Shown here one piece after another: positions 9,849-20,080 of a stretch of 64,000 nt of DNA. The stretch comes from Thermoanaerobaculia bacterium (GTDB lineage Bacteria > Acidobacteriota > Thermoanaerobaculia > Multivoradales > Multivoraceae): the NCBI GenBank assembly GCA_963664405.1, contig OY761158.1, positions 4,256,001 to 4,320,000 on the forward strand, given 5' to 3'. The position numbers were made by a program, and so were the translations under genes. How positions within the stretch are numbered: the first letter of the stretch is position 1; the number at the start of each line of letters is the position of its first letter. The notes below the pieces were generated by a model. It had not been told where the DNA came from, searched no databases, and saw nothing but the letters and a program-made list of their open reading frames with translations.

Positions 9849-10883
9849 ATGAATAGCCCGAGGCCCCAAGGACCGCGAGACGTCTTCGAGCGCCCCATTG
9901 ACGATCTTCGAATTTCGGTGATCGATCGGTGCAATTTCCGCTGTACTTTCTGTATGCCGGCGGGGCACACCTATTCATTTCTGCCCCGCGAAGAGCTCCT
10001 CAGCTTCGAGGAGATCACACGACTCGCCAGGGTGTTCTCGACCCTGGGAGTCAGGAAGCTACGACTCACGGGCGGCGAGCCGCTACTTCGTACTGAGATC
10101 GAAAAGCTGGTGAGAATGCTCTCGGAGATCCCGGACATAGACGATCTGGCTCTCACCACCAACGGCCTTCTTTTGGAGCGTAAGGCAGCGCAGTTGAAGG
10201 AGGCGGGGCTTCAGCGAGTCACGGTCAGCTTTCAATCGCTGGACGACGAGGTTTTCGGCCGGATCAACGGCCAGGGCTACCGCGTTAGCGACGTTCTCAG
10301 AGGAATCGACGCGGCAGCTCAGGCTGGGCTCGATCCGGTAAAGATCAATGTAGTCGTGATGAAGGACACCAATGACGGGGAGATACCCGACATCGCCCGC
10401 TTTTTCAAGGAGCGAGGCCACGAGGTGCGCTTTATCGAGTACATGGACGTTGGGACCCTCAACGATTGGGACCCTGACGGCGTGGTGCCGGCGCGGGAGA
10501 TCGTCAGACGGGTGGAGGAAGCCCTGCCGGTCGAAGCCGTCGGTCGCGACCGGGCGAGCGATGTGGCGACAAGATTCCGCTATCGAGATGGCGGTGGCCG
10601 GATGGGGGTGATCGCGTCGGTTAGCGAGCCTTTCTGTGGCGCATGTGCGAGGGGTCGCATTTCAGCCGACGGAAGCTTCTACACTTGCCTCTTCGCCGCC
10701 GCGGGCCACGATCTCAAGACGAGCTTGCGATCAGGAGCCAGCGACGAGGAGATTCGTGAGCTCATATGGGGTATCTGGTCTACTCGCGACGATCGGTATT
10801 CGGAGCTCCGCAGCGAGGCGATAAGCTCTCGAACTCCTCTTTCATCTAACCGAAAAGTGGAGATGTTCCGTATCGGTGGGTAG
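9849..10883 (+). CDS. moaA: GTP 3',8-cyclase MoaA
   Basis: LRISVIDRCNFRCTFCM radical-SAM motif, FCGACARGR..C second cluster, C-terminal IGG. Confidence 0.96.
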   Translation: MNSPRPQGPRDVFERPIDDLRISVIDRCNFRCTFCMPAGHTYSFLPREELLSFEEITRLARVFSTLGVRKLRLTGGEPLLRTEIEKLVRMLSEIPDIDDLALTTNGLLLERKAAQLKEAGLQRVTVSFQSLDDEVFGRINGQGYRVSDVLRGIDAAAQAGLDPVKINVVVMKDTNDGEIPDIARFFKERGHEVRFIEYMDVGTLNDWDPDGVVPAREIVRRVEEALPVEAVGRDRASDVATRFRYRDGGGRMGVIASVSEPFCGACARGRISADGSFYTCLFAAAGHDLKTSLRSGASDEEIRELIWGIWSTRDDRYSELRSEAISSRTPLSSNRKVEMFRIGG

Positions 10884-10983
10884 CGGCCTTGGAATCCGGT
10901 TTGCGGGGTAGACGAGATATGCTTCGAGTCGCCCAGGGCTGGCCGCGGGGCGTTCCACGATCTAGGGAAGAGGTATCGAGCAG

Positions 10984-12942
10984 GTGACGGATCAGATCGT
11001 CATGATTAGGGAGATTGGGGAGGCTCCTCTCGAGCCCGATCGGGTGGGAGAGGCTCTCGATCGGGCCAAGGAGCGCCTGGCATCTCTTCAGGAGGCCGAC
11101 GGCCATTGGTGTGCCGAGCTCGAAGGGGATTCGATCCTCGAGTCAGAGTATGCCCTGACGCTTTACTTTCTGGGTCGCGGTGACGGGCCGGAGCTTGGCC
11201 AGTTGGCCAACCATCTGCGAGCGCAGCGAGTTGCGGATGGGGCCTGGGGAAATTACCCCGGTGGCCCTCCGGAAGTGAGCACCTCGACCAAGGCGTACTT
11301 CGTCCTGAAGCTGGCTGGCGACGACCCCGAGGCTCCTCACATGTGCGAGGCTCGCGAGGCTATCCGTCGCCTGGGTGGTACCGGAGCCTGCAACTCCTAC
11401 ACCCGCCTGCTGCTCAGCATGTTCGGCGTCCTTAACTGGCGCGATGCCCCCGCGGTGCCTCCGGAGATCATCCTCTTGCCGCGATGGTTCTACTTCAATA
11501 TCTACGAGATGTCGGCTTGGTCGCGTGCGATCGTAGTGCCTCTCTCGATTATCTGGGCGCACAAGCCTCTTTGCCCGGTAGCTCCAGAGCATCACCTCGA
11601 TGAGCTCGTTGTAGCCTCTGCGGATATACCTGACGCGCCCCGCCTCGAGACGTGGCGCGAGAGGTTCTGGGGTCTCTTTTTTCGTGGCGTCGATGCCGCC
11701 CTGAAGGTGATCGACGATCTCGGCCTGGTACCGCTTCGCCGGATTGCTCTGAGGCGGGCCGAGGCCTGGGTAGTGGAGCGCTTGGAGGGTGGGGGTGGTC
11801 TCGGCGCTATTTTCCCTTCGATCATGAACACGATCCTCGCTTTGGTTTGTCAGGGTCGGTCGCAAGACGACCCCCTCGTCGCAGGTGAGCTCGAGGAATT
11901 GAAGGCGCTGGAGATCCTGGATGGTGACTGTCTACGCCTACAGCCGTGCTTGTCCCCGGTCTGGGATACCGCGCTGGCGATGAACGCCTTGGTGGCGGCC
12001 CGCTCGCCCGCCGAGGATCCGGCCCTGCAGCGGGCGGCAGCCTGGCTACTCGACAAGGAGGTACGTCGCGTCGGTGATTGGAAGCACAAGAATCCGAAGG
12101 GTCGCCCAGGGGGTTGGTTCTTCGAGTACTCCAACGAGTTTTACCCGGACTGTGACGACACTGCCGAGGTGATGATCGTTCTGTCGCAGGTAGCGATGGT
12201 CGACGGCGGTGACGAGGAGCGTCGGCGCGCCGCGTTGCAAAGAGCGCTGGCCTGGCAGCTCTCGATGCAGTGCCGGTCAGGCGGGTGGGGTGCTTTCGAC
12301 AAGGACTGTGATCATGAGGTCCTCGATCTGGTGCCGTTCGCCGATCACAACGCCATGCTCGACCCTCCGACCGTCGATGTCACGGCGCGCACCCTGGAGG
12401 CTCTGGTGAAGATGGGGCTCGATCCCTCTCATCCAGCGATCCGTAAGGGGGTTGCTTTCCTGTGGGCGGAGCAGGAGCCTGAAGGGTGCTGGTACGGACG
12501 CTGGGGAGCGAACTACGTCTATGGGACCTGGTTAGCTCTGAGCGGCCTTCGCCTCGTCGGCGAGGAGATGATGGATTTGCGGATGCGGCGCGCGGTGGAC
12601 TGGTTCCTCGACTGCCAGAACGACGATGGCGGCTGGGGCGAGTCGCTTCTTTCCTACTCCGACCCCGAGACCAAGGGCCGTGGGCCGACCACGGTCTCCC
12701 AAACGTCGTGGGCGCTCCTCGGGCTTCTCGCCGCCGCAGACCTAGGGAGTGCTCGCGTTCAGTCGGCTCTCGGTCGTGGAATCGACTTCTTGCTCTCGAC
12801 TCAAGGTGAGGACGGCGGTTGGTACGACGAATTCTGGACAGGGACCGGTTTCCCCAAGGTCTTTTATCTGCGCTATCACCTCTACCCCTGCTATTTCCCG
12901 CTGCAGGCCCTGGCTGCCTACCGGCGTGCCGTGGAGTTATAA
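10984..12942 (+). CDS. shc: Squalene-hopene cyclase
   Basis: Catalytic DCDDTAEV (DxDD), QW repeats, SPVWDTAL, GTGFPKVFYLRYHLY. Confidence 0.97.
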   Translation: MTDQIVMIREIGEAPLEPDRVGEALDRAKERLASLQEADGHWCAELEGDSILESEYALTLYFLGRGDGPELGQLANHLRAQRVADGAWGNYPGGPPEVSTSTKAYFVLKLAGDDPEAPHMCEAREAIRRLGGTGACNSYTRLLLSMFGVLNWRDAPAVPPEIILLPRWFYFNIYEMSAWSRAIVVPLSIIWAHKPLCPVAPEHHLDELVVASADIPDAPRLETWRERFWGLFFRGVDAALKVIDDLGLVPLRRIALRRAEAWVVERLEGGGGLGAIFPSIMNTILALVCQGRSQDDPLVAGELEELKALEILDGDCLRLQPCLSPVWDTALAMNALVAARSPAEDPALQRAAAWLLDKEVRRVGDWKHKNPKGRPGGWFFEYSNEFYPDCDDTAEVMIVLSQVAMVDGGDEERRRAALQRALAWQLSMQCRSGGWGAFDKDCDHEVLDLVPFADHNAMLDPPTVDVTARTLEALVKMGLDPSHPAIRKGVAFLWAEQEPEGCWYGRWGANYVYGTWLALSGLRLVGEEMMDLRMRRAVDWFLDCQNDDGGWGESLLSYSDPETKGRGPTTVSQTSWALLGLLAAADLGSARVQSALGRGIDFLLSTQGEDGGWYDEFWTGTGFPKVFYLRYHLYPCYFPLQALAAYRRAVEL

Positions 12943-12983
12943 GATGTCTCGGCGATAGCGCCGAGTGAGAAGGAACCAAGTCG

Positions 12984-13985
12984 ATGCGACACCCTCTGCA
13001 CATGATGACCGACATGATGAAGCTCGGACTGCGCAACGCTCTGAAGGGCAATAAGCGTTATCCCTACGTGCTCATGTTGGAGCCGCTCTACACCTGCAAC
13101 CTCGCATGTCTAGGGTGTGCCAAGGAGCGCCACACCGGAAAGCTGAAGGATCGCTTAGCGCTGGAGGAGTGTTTCGAGGCCGTTGAAGAGAGCGGCGCAC
13201 CGACGGTCTCCATCTGCGGCGGCGAGCCCACGATCTATCCGGAGCTTGCCGAGCTGATCGCCGGCATCATCGCCCGCAATCGCCACATCATCCTGTGCAC
13301 CAATGCCCTACTTCTGGACGAGAATCTATTCGGCAAGGTCGCCCCTCATAAGAGGCTGACGGTGAACGTTCACCTCGATGGACTTCAGGAGACTCACGAC
13401 TACGTATGCGCCCGAGAGGGTGTTTACACCAAGGCGTTGGAGATGATCAAAGAGTCCAAACGGCTCGGGTACCACACAACCACCAACACCACGATTTTCA
13501 AAGAGACCGAGATCGACGAGGTGGAGGAGCTGTGTCGTGTTCTTGCGGAGATCCCGGTCGATGGCATGCTCATCTCTCCCGGCTACCAGTACGAGTCGGT
13601 TGACGCGGATATGTTTCTGACCCGTCAGGATACTGAGAAGAAGTTCGAGCGAGTGCTCGAGATCGCGAAAAAGTACCGGGTCACCTCCACGCCGATGTTT
13701 CTCGAGTTCGCAGCCGGCAAGCGGGACTACGAGTGCTCGCCGTGGAGCACGGTTACCCGCACTCCCCTTGGATGGAAGGGCCCCTGCTATCTGATTGGCA
13801 AGCAGTACTCCGAGACTTGGGAAGAGTTTTGGAACGGTACCGATTGGTCGTATTGGGAGTCTCGTCAGGACGATCTCTGCCAGAATTGCTCCATGCACTC
13901 CGGTTTCGAGGCTTCGGTTGTGCGTAATCTGCACAAGAGCCCGCGCGACATGCTCCGCATGGCGAGCTGGTACCTCTCCGCCTAG
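12984..13985 (+). CDS. hpnH: Adenosylhopane synthase (radical SAM) HpnH
   Basis: LMLEPLYTCNLACLGC, GWKGPCYL, CQNCSMHSGFE; directly follows shc. Confidence 0.93.
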   Translation: MRHPLHMMTDMMKLGLRNALKGNKRYPYVLMLEPLYTCNLACLGCAKERHTGKLKDRLALEECFEAVEESGAPTVSICGGEPTIYPELAELIAGIIARNRHIILCTNALLLDENLFGKVAPHKRLTVNVHLDGLQETHDYVCAREGVYTKALEMIKESKRLGYHTTTNTTIFKETEIDEVEELCRVLAEIPVDGMLISPGYQYESVDADMFLTRQDTEKKFERVLEIAKKYRVTSTPMFLEFAAGKRDYECSPWSTVTRTPLGWKGPCYLIGKQYSETWEEFWNGTDWSYWESRQDDLCQNCSMHSGFEASVVRNLHKSPRDMLRMASWYLSA

Positions 13986-14130
13986 CCTAGGCTCCAGAAA
14001 TGATGGCTATCATTTCCTCCGCCTAGTTGTCTCTTGGCGCCGAGGACGGCGCACTTGGGCGTTGCTTCCTATTCGCTCACGGAAACGGCTCAGGACGAAT
14101 ACTCGGACACGCTCCTAGCCTCCAGAAATG

Positions 14131-15414
14131 GGCTCTTCAGGATTTCGTGTGGGTTGATCGTATGCTGCGAGTATGCGAGATCGAGAGCTTTACGCCCAGC
14201 TTCTTGGGATCGAGGAGCCGTGGCATGTGACAGATGTAGAGCTAGGTCCAGAGACGGTGGAAGTGCACTTGGAGAACGGGTCACGGAAGCTAGCGTGTCC
14301 GGAATGCGGAGCGGCGAGTCCGCGCTACGACACGCGTGAGCGCAAGTGGCGTCACCTCGACACGATGCAGTACATGACGGTTCTGGTCGCGGAGGTTCCT
14401 CGTGTGAAGTGCGGAGATCACGGCGTCCGTCAGGTTCGTGTGCCGTGGGCCGAGGTCGGCTCGGGCTTCACGGCACAGTTCGAGCGGCTGGCGATCGACT
14501 GGCTTGGAGAGTCGAATCTCTCGGCTGTTGCCCGGCTTCTGCGTTTGAGCTGGGATCAGATCGACGGGGTTCAGCAGCGTGCCGTGGGCCGAGGATTGGC
14601 CCGCAGAACGCTGCGCCCGACCCGCCATCTGGGTGTAGACGAGACGTCGTTTCAACGCCGGCACGAGTACGTCACGGTGGTCGTGGACAGCAGTCACGGG
14701 ACGGTGGTTCACGTCGCGGACGGTCGGGGTCGGGAAGCTCTAGGGAAGTTTTTGCAAGGTGCTCCAGCGTCGTGGCTTAGCCAGGTGGAGACGCTGGCGA
14801 TGGACATGTGGGGCCCCTACATCTCGGCGGCCAGCGAGCATCTCGACAAGCCGCTTGAGCGCATCGTCTTTGACAAGTTTCACGTCGCCAAGCTTCTGGG
14901 TGACGCCGTCGATCGTGTCCGTCGCCAGGAACATCGAGACCTTCGCTCGGATGGCGACGATCGGCTCAGTCGGACTCGCTACCTCTGGTTGCGCAATCCC
15001 GACCACATGACCTCGGAGCAGGAGCTTCGCTTCGAGGAGCTTCGCAATAGCGCACTGAAAACGGCACGGGCCTGGGCGATCAAGGAGCTGGCGATGACCG
15101 TGTGGGAGACCAGCGCCGCGGACGACGCCGAACAGGCCTGGGCCTCCTGGTACTCCTGGGCGATCCGTTCCCGCCTCGCTCCCATCAAGAAGGTGGCCAA
15201 AACCCTACGCCATTACCTGTGGGGCATCGTCAACGCCATGAAGACCGGCGTCACCAACGCCATGTCCGAGGGCCTCAACACCAAGATCCAGAACATCAAA
15301 AGAGCCGCGCGAGGATTCCGTAATCGGGAGCGATTCCGCAACGCCATCTACTTCCATCTTGGAGGGCTCGATCTCTACCCGAGGCCTGTTGCCCACACGA
15401 AATCCTGAAGAGCC
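14131..15414 (+). mobile_element. ISL3-family insertion sequence, complete
   Basis: 23-bp perfect IRs GGCTCTTCAGGATTTCGTGTGGG; 8-bp target duplication CAGAAATG (14123-14130 / 15415-15422). Confidence 0.96.
14173..15408 (+). CDS. ISL3 transposase
   Basis: CPECG zinc finger, WRHLD, GVDETS, MDMW, FDKFHV, TNAMSEGLNTKIQNIKRAARGFRN. Confidence 0.96.
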   Translation: MRDRELYAQLLGIEEPWHVTDVELGPETVEVHLENGSRKLACPECGAASPRYDTRERKWRHLDTMQYMTVLVAEVPRVKCGDHGVRQVRVPWAEVGSGFTAQFERLAIDWLGESNLSAVARLLRLSWDQIDGVQQRAVGRGLARRTLRPTRHLGVDETSFQRRHEYVTVVVDSSHGTVVHVADGRGREALGKFLQGAPASWLSQVETLAMDMWGPYISAASEHLDKPLERIVFDKFHVAKLLGDAVDRVRRQEHRDLRSDGDDRLSRTRYLWLRNPDHMTSEQELRFEELRNSALKTARAWAIKELAMTVWETSAADDAEQAWASWYSWAIRSRLAPIKKVAKTLRHYLWGIVNAMKTGVTNAMSEGLNTKIQNIKRAARGFRNRERFRNAIYFHLGGLDLYPRPVAHTKS

Positions 15415-16076
15415 CAGAAATGATGGCTATCATTTCCTCCGGCTAGTTTCTGTTTGGCGCCGAGGACGGCGCAGGTAGGCGTTGCTCCCTATTCGCTTCG
15501 GGTATCGGTGTCGTTTCAGGCTCCTAGCCCGAGAGGAAATGATGGCTATCATTTCCTCCGGCTAGTTTCTGTTTGGCGCCGAGGACGGCGCAGGTGGGTG
15601 TTGCTTCCTATTCGCTTCGGGTATCGGTGTCGTTTCAGGCTCCTAGCCCGAGAGGAAGTGATGGCTATCATTTCCTCCGGCTAGTTTCTGTTTGGCGCCG
15701 AGGACGGCGCAGGTGGGCGTTGCTCCCTATTCGCTTCGGGCATCGGGTGTCGTTTCAGGCTCCTAGCCCGAGAGGAAATGATGGCTATCATTTCCTCCGG
15801 CTAGTTTCTGTTTGGCGCCGAGGACGGCGCAGGTGGGTGTTGCTTCCTATTCACTTCGGGTATCGGGTGTCGTTTCAGGCTCCTAGCCTGAGAGGAAGTG
15901 ATGGCTATCATTTCCTCCGGCTAGTTTCTGTTTGGCGCCGAGGACGGCGCAGGTGGGCGTTGCTCCCTATTCGCTTCGGGTATCGGTGTCGTTCCCCAGG
16001 CTCCTAGCCCAAGAGGAAATGATGGCGCCGAGACGGCGCGTCCTCCGGGAGGGCGATCTGGGGTACCCTGAAGCTG

Positions 16077-17069
16077 ATGACGGCGCTGGTCACGGGTGGC
16101 ACCGGCTTTGTCGGCGCCCACTTGGTGCGTGCACTATTGGCTCGGGGCGAGCCTGTGCGCTGCCTGGTGCGCGAAGGAAGTCGGAGAGACAACCTGGCGG
16201 GGCTCGACGTCGAGTTGGTGGAAGGGGACTTGCGCGACTCTGCGTCTCTGGAGGCGGCTGTCGAGGGCTGTGACACCGTGTTTCACTGTGCCGCCGACTA
16301 TCGGCTTTACGTCAGGAACCCCGACGAGCTCTACGCAACGAACGTCGAAGGTACACGCAGTCTGTTGACGGCCGCTGATCGCGGAGGTGTCGCCCGAGTG
16401 GTTTACACCTCGAGTGTTGGCGCCTTGGGACTCGAGCGGAGTGCTGAGGCAGCCACCGAAGAGACCCCGGTCACGCTCGAGAGCATGGTCGGACATTACA
16501 AGAGGAGCAAATATCTGGCCGAGCGGGTCGCGGTCGAGTTTGCGGAGGGGGGCCTCCACGTGGTGATCGTCAATCCCTCCACTCCGGTGGGGGAGCTCGA
16601 TATCAAACCGACGCCGACGGGTCAGATGATCGTCGACTTCCTCAACCGCAAGATGCCGGCCTATGTCGATACCGGACTCAACCTGGTCGATGTTCGAGAT
16701 GTCGCCGAGGGCCACCTACTCGCGGCGGAGCGCGGCCGACCAGGGGAGCGATATATCCTCGGTAATCGCAACCTCAGCCTGCGCGAGATTCTGGTCTTGC
16801 TCTCTCGTCTGACCGGCCTACCGGCGCCACGACTCCGGGTACCGCATTGGCTGCCTCTTTCGTTCGCTCTTTTGGATACGGCGGTTGCGCGCCTCCGTGG
16901 TCGCGAGCCGCGGGTTGCCGTCGACAGCGTACGCATGTCACGGCACAAGATGTATTTCGATGCCTCCAAGGCGGTGGAGGAGCTCGGGTTCCGGCAGACG
17001 CCGGTTGAGGACGCGTTGGAGCGGGCGGTCAGCTGGTTTCGTGCCGGCGGCTACGCTCCCAGCCCGTGA
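16077..17069 (+). CDS. hpnA: Hopanoid-associated NAD-dependent epimerase/dehydratase HpnA
   Basis: TGGTGFVG, FHCAADYRL, HYKRSK, NPSTPVGELDIKPTPTG; hopanoid gene context. Confidence 0.9.
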   Translation: MTALVTGGTGFVGAHLVRALLARGEPVRCLVREGSRRDNLAGLDVELVEGDLRDSASLEAAVEGCDTVFHCAADYRLYVRNPDELYATNVEGTRSLLTAADRGGVARVVYTSSVGALGLERSAEAATEETPVTLESMVGHYKRSKYLAERVAVEFAEGGLHVVIVNPSTPVGELDIKPTPTGQMIVDFLNRKMPAYVDTGLNLVDVRDVAEGHLLAAERGRPGERYILGNRNLSLREILVLLSRLTGLPAPRLRVPHWLPLSFALLDTAVARLRGREPRVAVDSVRMSRHKMYFDASKAVEELGFRQTPVEDALERAVSWFRAGGYAPSP

Positions 17070-17863
17070 TCGGAGACTTCTGGGGTGATGACGGAGGGTT
17101 TGATCTCTTGAGCGCCGGCGCCGAGCTCGCGATCATTGCAGCGCAGCGGGAGGAGGTACAACCGCTCCTCGCTCGCCTGAGCTCGCGTCGCCGCGGTCAG
17201 CTCCAGAGTGTCCCCTACTGGACAGGCGGATTGGCCGGTACCGAGGTCCTGGTCGCGATCAGCGGAGTTGGGCAAGAGCGGGCCCGCATCGCTGCCGAGG
17301 AGCTGCTCTCCCAGTCGGTGCCTTTCTTGATGGTGGTCGGGGTGGCAGGCGCGTTGAGCCCAGAGCTCGAGATCGGGTGCATCCTGGCAGCCGAGGAAGT
17401 CTGGGCCGAGGGCGCCGCGGCGTTGGCGTGCGACAGGGAAATTCTCGCTCTTGCAAGTGCTCGTCCAAGAGTGCAGGTGGGCGCGATTCTCACCCTCGAC
17501 CACATCGTTGCCACAGTAGCTGAGCGCGCCTCCCTCCTTCGCTCCCTCGGCTCGCCCGCTGCGGCTGTTGCTGTGGACATGGAGTCCTGGGACTTCCTCG
17601 ACGTTGCCAAGCAGTGCGCCGTCCCCTGTACCGTGCTTCGCGCCATCAGTGACACTTCTCGCGAGAACCTCCCCACCTTCCTCGAGCGCGGCCGCAGGCC
17701 CGACGGCACCCTCAATCGGGGTCGCGTCGCGCTCTCGGCCCTGGCCCGGCCGGCCTCGATTCCCAGTCTGCTGGCACTCCGGCGACGTGTCCGTGTCGGT
17801 GCCGAGGATCTGGCCGAGTTGGTGGAGAATCTGGCCCCCTCGGCCGCGGCGGTTGCTCCCTAG
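17066..17863 (+). CDS. hpnG: Nucleoside phosphorylase, HpnG-like (adenosylhopane nucleosidase)
   Basis: SGVG, GVAGAL, AVDMES, LRAISD phosphorylase motifs; overlaps the hpnA stop. Confidence 0.78.
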   Translation: MIGDFWGDDGGFDLLSAGAELAIIAAQREEVQPLLARLSSRRRGQLQSVPYWTGGLAGTEVLVAISGVGQERARIAAEELLSQSVPFLMVVGVAGALSPELEIGCILAAEEVWAEGAAALACDREILALASARPRVQVGAILTLDHIVATVAERASLLRSLGSPAAAVAVDMESWDFLDVAKQCAVPCTVLRAISDTSRENLPTFLERGRRPDGTLNRGRVALSALARPASIPSLLALRRRVRVGAEDLAELVENLAPSAAAVAP

Positions 17864-18025
17864 ACCAGCGTTTCCAAAGCTCGCGTACATATCTCGGCCC
17901 CTTCTGCCCGCTGGCGGCGTTACGCCTCCTCGATATATTGCCCAATATGCCTGCGTCGGCGCGCCTAGCCAGCGAACAGAATGACCTCGAGCTATGCAAC
18001 CCGAACTTTGGAAGCGCTGGTCTAG
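17860..18025. repeat. Family A element, copy A2
   Basis: IRs CTAGACCAGCGTTTCCAAAG / CTTTGGAAGCGCTGGTCTAG; starts on the hpnG TAG. Confidence 0.92.
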
Positions 18026-18154
18026 CTCCGCCGAGGGAGATTTGGGGGGAGGTTCCTGCTTGCCTGGTAGCATCTCGGCTCGGACCGCAATCACCAAACC
18101 TGCGCTCGGGCCGAACCGGCACCTTGGCCTTGACGGAAGAATGGGAGTAAGACT

Positions 18155-18985
18155 TTGAGCGAGATTCTCTACCAGGTGAGCGACCCGGTCGCCACCATTA
18201 CTCTCAACCGGCCAGAGCGATTGAATGCGCTGAGCTACTCGTTGCTCGCCGATTTACGCGAAGCGGTCGATCAAGCGGCCACGGACCCAGAGGTAGTCGG
18301 AATCGTCATTACCGGCGCCGGTCGGGGGTTCTGTGCCGGCCTCGATACCGACGCACTGGCTGCAGTCGCCAAATCTGGTGGCAGCCAGAGTAGCGCTCCG
18401 ACGGAGGGGCGCAAAGGGCTCTTTTCCTACCTTTGCGAGGTCCCCAAGCCGGTCCTTGCCGCCGTCAACGGTGTGGCGGCGGGAGGCGGCTACGTCTTGG
18501 CCACGATGTGCGACCTGCGTATCGGTGGCCCCGGCGCCCGGTTCACCAGTGTCTTCTCGAAGCGGGGCTTGGTAGCGGAGCACGGAGTCACTTGGACCAC
18601 TCCAAGACTGGTGGGCCTGGGGCGTGCTCTCGATCTGCTCTGGACCTCGCGGATGGTCGATGCGCAAGAGGCCTATCGGATCGGGCTTCTGGAGTTCCTT
18701 GCCGAGGACCCGGTGGCTGAGGCTCGTGATTACATTGTTGCCTTGGCCGAAACGGTGTCCCCCACTTCAATCGCGGATACTAAGCGGATGGTGTGGGATC
18801 ACGCTGGGCTCGACGTCGATACCTCGCTCGACGATGCTTTCGAGGTGGTGCAGTCGCAGTTCGATCGCCCCGATATCGCCGAGGGTGTCCATTCGTTTCT
18901 CGAGAAACGCCCGGCCTCGTTCCCTCGTCTGGGCTCGCCGGAGGCTCATCCGCCTCATCCCGGCCGTCGCCGGGGGACGCCTTGA
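18155..18985 (+). CDS. Enoyl-CoA hydratase/isomerase (crotonase) family protein
   Basis: ITLNRPERLNAL, GRGFCAGLD, AVNGVAAGGG. Confidence 0.9.
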   Translation: MSEILYQVSDPVATITLNRPERLNALSYSLLADLREAVDQAATDPEVVGIVITGAGRGFCAGLDTDALAAVAKSGGSQSSAPTEGRKGLFSYLCEVPKPVLAAVNGVAAGGGYVLATMCDLRIGGPGARFTSVFSKRGLVAEHGVTWTTPRLVGLGRALDLLWTSRMVDAQEAYRIGLLEFLAEDPVAEARDYIVALAETVSPTSIADTKRMVWDHAGLDVDTSLDDAFEVVQSQFDRPDIAEGVHSFLEKRPASFPRLGSPEAHPPHPGRRRGTP

Positions 18986-19024
18986 TTTGACTTGATTCGG
19001 GCTTTCACGCAGACTGTCTGCCGC

Positions 19025-20080
19025 ATGTCGAGAGCCGGCTCAAGCACCCTTGAGAGCTCCGACGAGTTGCTCTTGAGAGACCGCAAGGCCGAGCACATCC
19101 GCCTCGCTCTCGAGCGTCGGATGCAGCTCGAGGCTCACTTTTTCGAGGATTATCACTTCGAGCATCAGGCTCTGCCTGAGCTGGATTTTGCAGACATCGA
19201 TACCTCGGTCGAGTTTCTCGGTAAGACCCTCCATGCGCCGCTGCTGATCTCCTGCATGACCGGTGGCACCGAGTCCGCAGGAGGAATCAATCAGAACTTG
19301 GCGGAGGCGGCCGAGCGGGTTGGTGTTGCCTTGGGAGTGGGCTCCCAACGCAAGGCACTCGAGGATCCTGACAGCGCTGCGAGCTTTGCCGTGCGTCCCC
19401 TGGCGCCAACGATCCCGCTTCTCGCCAACCTAGGAGCAGTCCAGCTGAACTACGGATACGGTGTCGATGAGTGCCGCCGGGCGGTGGAGATGATCGATGC
19501 CGATGCGCTGGTGTTCCATCTCAATCCGTTGCAGGAAGCGATCCAGCCCGAGGGCCAGGTCAACTTCAGCAATCTGCTGCCGCAAATGGCCGAGGTGACC
19601 GACCAGCTGGGCGTGCCGGTCATCGCCAAAGAGATCGGCTGTGGAATATCAGCCCAGACGGCTCGCGAACTCGCCCGTATCGGCATTCGCATCATCGATA
19701 CCGCGGGAGTCGGCGGCACCAGTTGGGCGAGGATCGAGGCGCAACGCGCGGGAGACCTCGAGATCGGCGAGACATTTGCCGATTGGGGTATTCCGACCCC
19801 GGAGTCGATCCGTCAGCTGGCGGAGCTTCCAGGTGTCTCTGTGATCGGCAGCGGTGGCTTGGGTAGTGGCATTGACGCGGCCAAGGCGCTCGCGCTGGGC
19901 GCCGACATGGCCGGGATGGCTTTTCCCTTTCTCGCCGCCGCCACCGAGTCGGCGGACGCGGTCGAGGAGAAGATCCGAAAGACTATTCGAGAACTGAAGA
20001 TCGTGATGTTCTGTCTCGGCGTCCGTGAAATCTCGGGACTGCGCGGAGTCGAGCTAAAACGAGAGAATAGATCCCGATGA
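19025..20080 (+). CDS. fni: Type 2 isopentenyl-diphosphate delta-isomerase
   Basis: RKAEHI, MTGG, GSQR, HLNPLQE, KEIGCG, GGTSW, WGIPT. Confidence 0.95.
   Translation: MSRAGSSTLESSDELLLRDRKAEHIRLALERRMQLEAHFFEDYHFEHQALPELDFADIDTSVEFLGKTLHAPLLISCMTGGTESAGGINQNLAEAAERVGVALGVGSQRKALEDPDSAASFAVRPLAPTIPLLANLGAVQLNYGYGVDECRRAVEMIDADALVFHLNPLQEAIQPEGQVNFSNLLPQMAEVTDQLGVPVIAKEIGCGISAQTARELARIGIRIIDTAGVGGTSWARIEAQRAGDLEIGETFADWGIPTPESIRQLAELPGVSVIGSGGLGSGIDAAKALALGADMAGMAFPFLAAATESADAVEEKIRKTIRELKIVMFCLGVREISGLRGVELKRENRSR

Larger units (their letters stand above)
13987..16040 (+). repeat. Family B tandem array B1: 6 full units (mostly 119-128 bp) plus 1 partial, interrupted by ISL3
   Basis: Units start at CTAG 13987, 14115, 15524, 15643, 15763, 15883 and 16004; full units have a GAA(A/G)TGATGGCTATCATTTC hairpin and GGCGCCGAGGACGGCGC. 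Confidence 0.93.
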
